Assembly (NCBI GenBank): GCA_964563925.1
Contig: CAZLZD010000021.1
Span: 4,848-68,847, forward strand
From: an uncultured Roseivirgaceae bacterium
GTDB taxonomy: Bacteria > Bacteroidota > Bacteroidia > Cytophagales > Cyclobacteriaceae
DNA length: 64,000 bases
Reading direction: 5' to 3'
How positions within the stretch are numbered: the first letter of the stretch is position 1; each line of letters starts with the position of its first letter. Below are positions 56,661 to 64,000 of this stretch, piece by piece. Below the pieces are notes generated by a model that saw only the letters and a program-made list of their open reading frames with translations, was not told the origin of the DNA and searched no databases. The translations under genes were made by a program, and so were the position numbers.

Positions 56661-58130
56661 TTACCTGCTGTAGTTCGGAGCCTCCCGGGTAATGTACACA
56701 TCATGGGGGTGGCTTTCCTGTACCCCGGCAGCGGTGATTTTAACAAACGTCGCCTTATTGAGTTCTTCCACATTCCCTGCCCCGCAGTATCCCATACCCG
56801 CGCGGAGCCCGCCGGTAAGCTGATACAGCACCTCGGAAACGAGTCCTTTATAGGCAACACGTCCGACGATACCTTCCGGTACGAGTTTCTTGATATCGTC
56901 TTCCGCATCCTGGAAGTACCGGTCCTTAGACCCTTCTTCCATGGCCTCCACTGAACCCATACCGCGATAGGATTTGAATTTACGGCCTTCGTATATGATC
57001 ACTTCGCCCGGCGCCTCCTCGGTCCCGGCCAGGAGCGATCCGATCATCACGCTGCTGGCACCACCGGCCAGTGCTTTAACCACGTCCCCTGAAAACCGGA
57101 TGCCGCCATCGGCAATAACCGGAACATTCATTTTCTCCACGGCTTTGAATGCCTCGAATACCGCGGTAAGCTGGGGTACTCCTACTCCCGCAATGATCCG
57201 GGTGGTACAGATACTGCCCGGCCCAACGCCTACCTTGATGGCATCAGCGCCCGCCTCGGCCAGCGCTTTGGCTCCTTCCCCGGTCGCCACATTTCCCACA
57301 ACCAGTTCCAGGTCGGGATACTCCGTCTTAACCTTCCTGCACGCATCAATGACCCCCTTTGAGTGGCCATGTGCCGTATCAATACTTATCACATCCACCC
57401 CTGCCTTGATCAAGCCGTCAATCCGCTCGAGCAGGTCGGCGGTGACCCCGACGGCCGCACCCACCCGCAGGCGTCCATATTCATCCTTGCAGGCATGAGG
57501 TTTATTCCGCTTCTTGAGAATATCCTTATAGGTAATAAGCCCGGTGAGAATGCCGTCCTTGTTGACGATCGGAAGCTTTTCTATCTTGTGTTTCTGCAAT
57601 ATGTCCTCGGCCTTCTCCAACCCGATATTCTCCTCGGCCGTGATCAGGCCTTCCTGCGTCATTATCTCCCGGATCGGCGTGCTCATGTCCTTATGAAAGC
57701 GAAGATCCCTGTTTGTGATTATCCCGATCAGTTTCTTGTCTTCATCAATCACCGGGATTCCCCCGATCTTGTATTCCCGCATAATTGACTCAGCATCCCG
57801 CACGTTCGAATTGACATGCAAGGTGATTGGATCCAGGATCATTCCGCTCTGGGAGCGCTTCACCTTCCGCACCTGCCGCGCCTGAGCCTCCATGGACATG
57901 TTCTTATGAATAAAGCCGATGCCCCCTTCGAGTGCCATCGCAATGGCCAGCTCTGCCTCAGTGACAGTATCCATCGCCGCGGATACCAGTGGGATATTCA
58001 GCTTTATGTTGCGGGTGAGGTAGGAACTGGTATCTGTATCCCTGGGCAATACCTGCGAATATCCGGGCTGCAACAGCACGTCGTCATACGTCAGGGCCTC
58101 GAAAATGAATTTGGAAGTATCTAAGGACAT
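56661..58130 (-). CDS. guaB: IMP dehydrogenase
   Basis: 489 aa with the catalytic loop [11 protein letters not shown], a CBS pair insert and the C-terminal end REAPNYS. Confidence 0.98.
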   Translation of the reverse strand: MSLDTSKFIFEALTYDDVLLQPGYSQVLPRDTDTSSYLTRNIKLNIPLVSAAMDTVTEAELAIAMALEGGIGFIHKNMSMEAQARQVRKVKRSQSGMILDPITLHVNSNVRDAESIMREYKIGGIPVIDEDKKLIGIITNRDLRFHKDMSTPIREIMTQEGLITAEENIGLEKAEDILQKHKIEKLPIVNKDGILTGLITYKDILKKRNKPHACKDEYGRLRVGAAVGVTADLLERIDGLIKAGVDVISIDTAHGHSKGVIDACRKVKTEYPDLELVVGNVATGEGAKALAEAGADAIKVGVGPGSICTTRIIAGVGVPQLTAVFEAFKAVEKMNVPVIADGGIRFSGDVVKALAGGASSVMIGSLLAGTEEAPGEVIIYEGRKFKSYRGMGSVEAMEEGSKDRYFQDAEDDIKKLVPEGIVGRVAYKGLVSEVLYQLTGGLRAGMGYCGAGNVEELNKATFVKITAAGVQESHPHDVYITREAPNYSR

Positions 58131-58157
58131 GGCAAATAAGGGTTTATGTTATTTGCC
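58131..58157. repeat. Inverted repeat GGCAAATAA-N9-TTATTTGCC between the guaB -7 box and the guaB start codon
   Basis: The 9-nt arms are 58131-58139 and 58149-58157. The arm at 58131-58139 abuts the guaB ATG (58130, minus strand). Confidence 0.6.
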
Positions 58158-58160
58158 GTG

Positions 58161-58168
58161 CAAAGCTA
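58161..58168 (-). promoter_or_regulatory. -7 promoter box TAGCTTTG for guaB
   Basis: Exact TAnnTTTG on the minus strand, 31 nt upstream of ATG 58130. Confidence 0.5.
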
Positions 58169-58258
58169 AAGACATCAGGGCATATTTAAAATGAAAAACA
58201 GGGAATTAATTTTAGGTGTTATCCGCAGATTTTATATTTTGCATTTAATTTTTTGCCT

Positions 58259-58621
58259 ATGATAAGAAGATCAATGCTTATTTTTTCAGTGATTTCATGG
58301 CTCACTGTTTTCATGCAGCACGGCCCCATGAAGGGAGAGGCATCCTATTATGCAGATAAGTTTGAAGGCCTTCCAACTGCCAGCGGGGAATTGTACCGGG
58401 CTGATGCACTTACCGCAGCACACCGAAGCCTGCCTTTCGGCACCCGGGTAAAGGTGACTAACCTCACGAATGAACGGACTGTAATTGTGCGCATCAATGA
58501 CCGGGGGCCGCATGTGAAAAAACGGATCATTGACCTGTCCCGGTCAGCGGCGGAAACACTTAATTTTATTGACCAGGGGGTGACCAGGGTCTCCCTGGAA
58601 GTACTAAATGACGATGAATAG
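58259..58621 (+). CDS. RlpA-like double-psi beta-barrel (septal ring lytic transglycosylase family) protein
   Basis: ATG 58259 (or TTG 58253) with a signal peptide. Pattern: [21 protein letters not shown]...[33 protein letters not shown]. Confidence 0.88.
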   Translation: MIRRSMLIFSVISWLTVFMQHGPMKGEASYYADKFEGLPTASGELYRADALTAAHRSLPFGTRVKVTNLTNERTVIVRINDRGPHVKKRIIDLSRSAAETLNFIDQGVTRVSLEVLNDDE

Positions 58622-60140
58622 ACTACTGATACTTTTGTCTCTAATGCTATGCGGGTTAAGCGGGCCGCTGAGCGCACAGGAACTCACTGCATTCGAATCC
58701 ATTCAATGGCAAAAGCTCGAACAGGATAACCCCGATCTTTTCGGGCTATTTGCCGCGACAGATCCGGCAATGACCGCGGATAAACTTGACAAAATGAAAG
58801 CGCGTCTGGAGGCACTCATCACCCGGTACCGGGAAGATGATAAGTTTGCGCGGGCCAAACCGGCAAAAAAAATAAAAACGCTCTACAAGGAAACCCACGA
58901 TACCTTCCTGGTGAAATACAACCTGGTTAACAAATTCAGCCATATTTTTACCACCGGTGAATACAATTGTGTCTCGGCGACAGCACTCTACGCGCTGATT
59001 TTTGACGGACTGGACATTCCCTACCAGATCAAGCAAAAGCCTACGCATGTCTATCTCCTGGCCTATCCCCAGGGGGATAATATTTTGGTGGAGACCACCG
59101 ACCCGGTAGGCGGATACGTAGAATTCTCCGGCAGCTTCAAAGCCGATTACATCGACAATCTCACCCAGGCAAAGCTGATCAGCGCCGAAGAGCGAAGGCA
59201 GGAATCTGTGGAATCACTCTTTGACAAGCACTATTTCCTTGACGAAAATATCTCCCTCCAGCAGCTGGCCGGCCTTCAGTATGCAAACGAAGCCGTCTTT
59301 GCTATGGAGGGAAACGATCATGCCACCGCCTTGTCAGAGCTCTCGAAGGCTTACTCCCTGTATCCCAGCCCTCAATACGAACCTTTGCTCATCGGATTAT
59401 GTGTGGAAATGCTCTACCAGCTACCGTATGACGACCTGTCTTCTGTAGATTACCTGGTACAGCTTTCCAGGCTCGACAGCACCATCGTAACCACGGAGAT
59501 GCTTTTTGGGGAGTTTGCCAGGATTGCCAATAATTACCTGGTTGAGCATAATGATCCGGACGGACTGGCCGCGTGGTGTGAAAAAATCAACCGTGAGCTT
59601 GATGATGCAGCCTTACTTGAGGAGATCAATTACCATCATGATTATGAGCGGGGGCGATTACTGTATAATGCCGGTTCCTACCGCAAGGCACTTCCTTACT
59701 TTGAAAAGTGCCATCACCAAAAACCTGATAATGTGGATGTCCACCAGGCCGTGGTGGAAAGCGTGCGCCAAATTCTGATAGCCATGCCAGACCAGACCCT
59801 GGCGTCAGACAGCCTGGAGGGTTTCGCTCGCCGTATGCCGGCTTTGCGGGAGAATAACCATTTTAAAAGTATGCTGACCAACAGTTATCTCTATAATTTT
59901 ATGTTCCAGTATGACCTAGAAAATGCCGCCGGGGGGGAGAAGTACAAAGCGCTCTTCGTCGAACATATGGAACCCGGACTGCAGGTGGATACCGGTAACA
60001 TCGGGCGGGCCTATGCCATTGCGGCCACGTATTACTACCGGAGAGGAAATAAAAGAAAGGCCCTCGAGCTGATCAATGAAGGGCTTGAATTTGCTCCCAA
60101 TCACCGCGAACTGATGGTCCGAAAGCAAATGATCCGCTAA
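58608..60140 (+). CDS. Secreted protein with an N-terminal transglutaminase-like (Cys-His-Asp) region and a TPR-like helical C-terminal region
   Basis: 510 aa with a signal peptide ([20 protein letters not shown]). [16 protein letters not shown]...KPTHVYLL...VETTDP resembles a transglutaminase-like core. The C-terminal repeats are helical ([31 protein letters not shown]). Confidence 0.55.
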   Translation: MTMNRLLILLSLMLCGLSGPLSAQELTAFESIQWQKLEQDNPDLFGLFAATDPAMTADKLDKMKARLEALITRYREDDKFARAKPAKKIKTLYKETHDTFLVKYNLVNKFSHIFTTGEYNCVSATALYALIFDGLDIPYQIKQKPTHVYLLAYPQGDNILVETTDPVGGYVEFSGSFKADYIDNLTQAKLISAEERRQESVESLFDKHYFLDENISLQQLAGLQYANEAVFAMEGNDHATALSELSKAYSLYPSPQYEPLLIGLCVEMLYQLPYDDLSSVDYLVQLSRLDSTIVTTEMLFGEFARIANNYLVEHNDPDGLAAWCEKINRELDDAALLEEINYHHDYERGRLLYNAGSYRKALPYFEKCHHQKPDNVDVHQAVVESVRQILIAMPDQTLASDSLEGFARRMPALRENNHFKSMLTNSYLYNFMFQYDLENAAGGEKYKALFVEHMEPGLQVDTGNIGRAYAIAATYYYRRGNKRKALELINEGLEFAPNHRELMVRKQMIR

Positions 60141-60904
60141 ATACCCCTGTTCTCAATCGCCAGGTTGTATTTTTTCTGGGTAAAGTAGGTATTCCCCTGC
60201 AACGTTTCAAAGGTCACGATGAAATTGAGCTCCTCCATCATAAACATGCCGGGAGGTATTTCGTAGTTTACGACAAGTAATCCCGGCTCCCGTTCCTTCA
60301 TCCAGTAGGTATCAGATCCGATACACCCGCCTTCCGTAAGCTGGCCCATGTAAAACTTTACATTCCTGGATTCTTCCGACAGCGTTACATATAACCTGAA
60401 GGTATTGTCCAGGGCAATATGATCTTCCTCCCTGATTCTGATTGTCGGATATTTCTTCTTTGGTGACCCGTCAAGCAAATATTCCTTCACTCCGGCACAA
60501 GGACGGTCATCATGGTAGGGAATTTCCGACATGAGCATACCGTTCTGACGGTACAGCTCCCTGATCCCCTGCTTCTTGTCATCCACATACCTGGTGATCT
60601 GATAGGGATCGCCGGATTCATAATTGGTCCTTGCCTCACCGTTTTTCTTATTGTCCGCGTACTCGATCGACTGGCGAACCACCCCGCTTTCATAATATGT
60701 TTTGGACAAACCGTGGCGCTTCCTGTCCTTCACGGCAATTTCAGCCTTGATATTCCCATTCGGGTAATACTTCCTGACAATGTTATCCTCGGCTGCAGCA
60801 GTTTTTGTATCTTTCGCCTCCTTTCCGGTAGCCCCGGTAATTTCGCAGGAAGACAAGACACACACACAAAAAACGGTGATGACGGGCAAAAATATCCTGT
60901 TCAT
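60137..60904 (-). CDS. MORN-variant-repeat (YwqK-like) lipoprotein
   Basis: The start is ATG 60904 (MNRIFLPVITVFCVCVLSSCE, with a lipobox). Repeats are of the type YYPNGNIKAE...KHGLSKTYYESG...KNGEARTNYESG. Confidence 0.7.
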   Translation of the reverse strand: MNRIFLPVITVFCVCVLSSCEITGATGKEAKDTKTAAAEDNIVRKYYPNGNIKAEIAVKDRKRHGLSKTYYESGVVRQSIEYADNKKNGEARTNYESGDPYQITRYVDDKKQGIRELYRQNGMLMSEIPYHDDRPCAGVKEYLLDGSPKKKYPTIRIREEDHIALDNTFRLYVTLSEESRNVKFYMGQLTEGGCIGSDTYWMKEREPGLLVVNYEIPPGMFMMEELNFIVTFETLQGNTYFTQKKYNLAIENRGI

Positions 60905-60948
60905 TCGTATGAAAAAATTTATTACTAACGCAATAAATATAATTCCTA

Positions 60949-61566
60949 ATGGGTTCACAAGAACTTTTTGAGCAAATCCTTGAAACGGCCCAGAACCTGG
61001 TTATCTGGGAGATACTGGGCCTCGTCTTCGGTTTGCTCGCTGTGATCTTCCTGGTTCGGGAGAATATCTGGACCTGGCCATCGGGTATTGCCTATGTGCT
61101 TGTATCTTTCATCGTATTTTACCAGGCCAGGCTGTACGCAGACCTCGCATTGCACGTGTTTTTTCTGATCCTGAATGTCTACGGATGGGTTGCCTGGTCA
61201 CGGGGCGCTAAAGGGTCTTCAGACGAACTTCCGATTACGATCAGTTCGACCCGAAGGTCCGCAGTGCTGCTGACCGCCTCCATCGCCGGAATCTTTGTTA
61301 CCGGTTATCTCATGACCCGCTATACAGATGCCTCACTGCCTTACTGGGACAGTGCAACAAGTATTCTGAGTATCACCGGTATGTGGCTTACTGCCAGGAA
61401 AAAAATTGACAACTGGTTCTACTGGCTGGCAGTGGACATCCTGGCCACCGGTATTTACTTTTACAAGGAGATGTATTTCTATGCCCTGCTGTATTTTATT
61501 TATATCGGCCTGGCTGTGGCCGGATACCTCGAGTGGAAAAAGCTGATGAAAATCCAGTACACATGA
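60949..61566 (+). CDS. pnuC: Nicotinamide riboside transporter
   Basis: 205 aa with seven hydrophobic helices. The PnuC pattern is present (LVRENIWTWPSGI..., NVYGWVAWSR, TGMWLTARKKIDNW). Confidence 0.88.
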   Translation: MGSQELFEQILETAQNLVIWEILGLVFGLLAVIFLVRENIWTWPSGIAYVLVSFIVFYQARLYADLALHVFFLILNVYGWVAWSRGAKGSSDELPITISSTRRSAVLLTASIAGIFVTGYLMTRYTDASLPYWDSATSILSITGMWLTARKKIDNWFYWLAVDILATGIYFYKEMYFYALLYFIYIGLAVAGYLEWKKLMKIQYT

Positions 61567-62075
61567 TACGGATCGCCGTCACCGGTCCGGAAAGCAGCGG
61601 AAAAACAACACTTGCTGAAGCGCTGGCCCGGCACTACGGTGCAGTGCTGGTGGGAGAATATGCCAGGGCCTATCTTACTGCGCTGGATAAACCCTATACC
61701 TTGGAGGATGTTGAGAAAATCGCTCGCGAACAACTCCGAAAGGAGGAGGAGGCCAAAGGGCCGATGGTGATCTGTGACACCGACGTGCTGGTACTGAAAA
61801 TATGGTTTTCACACAAATTCGGATTGGTGCCTGAATGGCTCTCGGAGGAAATTAATCCCGGCCGTTACACGCACCACCTTCTTACCCGTCCGGATGTCCC
61901 CTACGAGCCTGATCCCTTGCGGGAGAATCCCGGGCGGGGTGATTACTTTTTTAAATTATTTAAGCAGGAGCTTGAAAAATACGCGTTACCCTACACCATT
62001 ATTGGCGGTAGTTTATCTGACCGGCTTGTTGCATCAAAAAAGGCCATTGATCCACTGATCAACGGCCTTTCCTGA
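61563..62075 (+). CDS. P-loop ATPase of the NadR C-terminal / nicotinamide riboside kinase type
   Basis: ATG 61563 overlaps the pnuC stop (ATGA). It has the P-loop GPESSGKTTL followed by EYAR, and 170 aa is the typical length. Confidence 0.8.
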   Translation: MIRIAVTGPESSGKTTLAEALARHYGAVLVGEYARAYLTALDKPYTLEDVEKIAREQLRKEEEAKGPMVICDTDVLVLKIWFSHKFGLVPEWLSEEINPGRYTHHLLTRPDVPYEPDPLRENPGRGDYFFKLFKQELEKYALPYTIIGGSLSDRLVASKKAIDPLINGLS

Positions 62076-62097
62076 TTTATATCCAGCAGATCGTTTT

Positions 62098-62667
62098 TTA
62101 TCTGCGCTTGGTTCCGTTAAAGTTGTCCACCGGCTTAATTTCTGCGCCCAGGGCTTCAATTACCGCGTGGTAGTCATTCAGATCCACATTTTCCATCTTC
62201 CCGTTCGGGTCGAAAAATTTACCCGGGATAACGACAAGCCTGACAATCCAGTCATCGGTATCGATAGGCTGAAGTAATCCTTCGTCAAAGGTGGTGCTCA
62301 GAAATAACTTGGTGTCGTATTTCGTAAAATCGTACGAATACTGGATCATCCCGTCATCAGTAAGGATAGTCTGAGGCAGGGCACGCCATACATCTGTTTC
62401 TTCACCATCAACTTCGACCACATCCCAGAGCAGGTAAGCCATGGTCACGTCAGATTCGAGTGCAGTGAAGTTCGGATATTCCAGCAGTACACTGTATTCG
62501 GGCGACACAAAATCTACATTCTCATATTCAAATACGAAGCTTTCAATATTCACTCCGTCCTCACCAGGTACACCTGGTTGTCCCTGGGGTCCAACAGGTC
62601 CTTCCGGACCTTCACAAGCAGTCCCGAAGGCTGCTAACACAAACAAAAATGGAATAATTCTTTTCAT
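62098..62667 (-). CDS. Lipoprotein with a short collagen-like Gly-X-Y stretch
   Basis: 189 aa with a lipobox (LAAFGTACEG). It has six Gly-X-Y triplets (GPEGPVGPQGQPGVPGEDG), then a beta-rich domain I do not recognise. Confidence 0.6.
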   Translation of the reverse strand: MKRIIPFLFVLAAFGTACEGPEGPVGPQGQPGVPGEDGVNIESFVFEYENVDFVSPEYSVLLEYPNFTALESDVTMAYLLWDVVEVDGEETDVWRALPQTILTDDGMIQYSYDFTKYDTKLFLSTTFDEGLLQPIDTDDWIVRLVVIPGKFFDPNGKMENVDLNDYHAVIEALGAEIKPVDNFNGTKRR

Positions 62668-62741
62668 TAAAAATCGCTGTTTTAGAGGTTTTTAACCCTG
62701 TTTTACACATTTATGTATATACCTCCGCTGTAAGAATGCGG

Positions 62742-62749
62742 CAAATATA
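62742..62749 (-). promoter_or_regulatory. -7 promoter box TATATTTG upstream of the collagen-like lipoprotein gene
   Basis: Exact TAnnTTTG on the minus strand, 75 nt upstream of ATG 62667. Confidence 0.35.
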
Positions 62750-62855
62750 TGGCATACTAAACAATCATCGGGCCATTTCACCACGAGACGTGCCTGAAGA
62801 CCATGAATCAACAATATCAGCGATAAAGTAAATACCGGCGAACGAAGCCTTACGC

Positions 62856-63497
62856 TTAACTGATAATCTGTTCTTCAGGAGTCACCTGAGAATCAGGACT
62901 GTCGGAGGTTCCTTGCTGGGCCACTTCGTGCCTGAAAAACTTTTTCTGGAAGATCAATATACTTACCACACCGATAAAAATCGAGGAATCTGCAATATTG
63001 AAAACAGGGCTGAAGAACAGGAACCTGTTGCCCCCGAGATAAGGAAACCAATCAGGATAATATCCTTCAATCAGCGGAAAGAACAACATATCGATCACCT
63101 GTCCATGGAACCAGGGAGTGGGTGATCCCGGAGGGGCATTATCAAGGAATACGCCATAAAACGTACTGTCAATCACATTTCCGGCTGCTCCGCCCAGTAT
63201 CAATGCCATACACCAAAGTAGCCCGGGGTGAAACTTCCTGGTATACAAGTAGTACATGTAATAGCTGATACCGGCCATTGCCACCAGCCTGAAGACCGTA
63301 AGCAACAGTTTCCCGTACTCATGGTCAGACTTCAGCCCAAATGCCATACCCGGATTCAACAGGTAATGTATCCTGAACCAATCACCGAGGACATTGAACT
63401 CGGAATTGAGGTCCATATTAAAGTGTACAGTAAGTTTGACTGCCTGATCGACAGCGATTACTGCCAGGGCAAGCAGGAAGTATTTCATCAACTTCAT
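62856..63497 (-). CDS. lspA: Lipoprotein signal peptidase (signal peptidase II)
   Basis: 213 aa with the pattern NPGMAFG ... GGAAGNVIDS ... FNIADSSI. It lies immediately downstream of ileS, as is common. Confidence 0.93.
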   Translation of the reverse strand: MKLMKYFLLALAVIAVDQAVKLTVHFNMDLNSEFNVLGDWFRIHYLLNPGMAFGLKSDHEYGKLLLTVFRLVAMAGISYYMYYLYTRKFHPGLLWCMALILGGAAGNVIDSTFYGVFLDNAPPGSPTPWFHGQVIDMLFFPLIEGYYPDWFPYLGGNRFLFFSPVFNIADSSIFIGVVSILIFQKKFFRHEVAQQGTSDSPDSQVTPEEQIIS

Positions 63498-64000
63498 TAT
63501 GCCTCTATTTTTACCTTTAACTGAAAATCATCTATATCCAACAGCACCGGGTCGGTCAGGCTCTCTGAGAATTTCAATGTATAGGCCTGTGTTTCCTGGC
63601 AAATATATTCCGTGTTTACACGAAGTGCCTCATCAATCAGTCCATGCGTTTCCTCCACAAGGATACTTATCTTATCCTGTACATCCAGGCCCATATCCTT
63701 ACGCAAATTCTGCACCCGGTTTACCACATCTCTCGCGATCCCTTCTTTTCTCAGGTCTTCGGTAATGGTGATGTCAAGGGCGACGGTCACACCACCGGAT
63801 GTAGCCACTGACCAGCCCGGAATATCCTGGTAAGAAATCTCCACGTCCTCCAGGGTAAGGGTAATCTGCCGGTCATTCAGACGCACATTCAGGCCGTCGG
63901 AATTTTCGAGTTCGGCTATATCCTCGGGCTTCAGCTTGTTAATCACCCCAACCAGGTCCTTCATTTCCGCTCCATATTCCTGCCCGAGCTTTCTGAAATT
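63497..64000 (-). CDS. ileS: Isoleucine--tRNA ligase, C-terminal ~167 aa; 5-prime part lies outside the window
   Basis: The frame is open to the window edge. The translation (…ITEDLRKEGIARDVVNRVQNLRKDMGLDVQDKI…) matches the C-terminal extension of bacterial type 2 IleRS. The stop shares 1 nt with the lspA start. Confidence 0.85.
   Translation of the reverse strand, partial: NFRKLGQEYGAEMKDLVGVINKLKPEDIAELENSDGLNVRLNDRQITLTLEDVEISYQDIPGWSVATSGGVTVALDITITEDLRKEGIARDVVNRVQNLRKDMGLDVQDKISILVEETHGLIDEALRVNTEYICQETQAYTLKFSESLTDPVLLDIDDFQLKVKIEA

Noticed and set aside
62668-62855. The largest intergenic region (188 nt), examined for an sRNA, a small ORF or a structured element.
   Set aside because: I found only 4-bp stems, trivial ORFs of under 10 codons and one TAnnTTTG box. 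Nothing supports an RNA gene from sequence alone.
1-64000. A window-wide look for CRISPR arrays, tRNA/rRNA genes, IS elements, integrases, toxin-antitoxin pairs and known defence-system genes.
   Set aside because: None was seen. All gaps between genes are at most 188 nt, and no spaced direct repeats or T-loop-type motifs occur in them. The MORN/YwqK-like gene (60137-60904) is a lipoprotein with no toxin partner.

Overview
This window reads as a densely packed, syntenic chromosomal core segment of a Bacteroidota-type genome. The lineage call rests on three things: TAnnTTTG -7 promoter boxes upstream of most operon-leading genes; the panC <> short glycogen-synthase-like / DUF4270-like lipoprotein / glmS arrangement; and many lipoproteins with SurA/PpiD-type chaperones.

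I call 67 protein-coding features. Two are cut by the window edges and one carries an in-frame stop. By my calls only about 2 kb of the 64 kb is intergenic.

Recognisable blocks:
- panC-panD operon
- glmS, gltX, aroC and a NifU-type protein
- dusB, cdsA, glutamate dehydrogenase, psd, ribD, prmC
- a System I cytochrome c maturation cluster (ccmB-C-D-like-E-F)
- a nucleotide-sugar precursor cluster (UDP-sugar epimerase/dehydrogenase, galE, rfbA, rfbB, WecA-like initiating transferase)
- a PAPS-synthesis cluster (cysQ <> cysC-cysD-cysN) fused to pheS and a 3-hydroxybutyryl-CoA dehydrogenase
- MoxR plus three periplasmic PPIase/chaperone genes
- an RsbU/RsbV/RsbW-type partner-switching module
- guaB, an RlpA-like protein, pnuC with an NR-kinase-like ATPase, lspA and the 3-prime end of ileS

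I saw no rRNA or tRNA genes, CRISPR arrays, transposases, integrases, phage genes or long repeats. I do not see a convincing novel multi-gene system.

The best leads, all modest:
1. A variant System I ccm cluster whose CcmE has a CxxxY rather than HxxxY heme site, with no ccmA/G/H in the cluster.
2. A sigma-factor-less partner-switching module inserted between guaB and the chaperone genes.
3. A translationally coupled trio of a small Lys/Glu-rich protein, an AIM24/TIGR00266 protein and a BatD-like protein.
4. An output-less TM-HAMP-GAF-PAS sensor.
5. An in-frame TGA at a conserved Gly codon of the glycogen-synthase-like gene.

All functional calls come from reading the translations against remembered family motifs. 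No database search was run.
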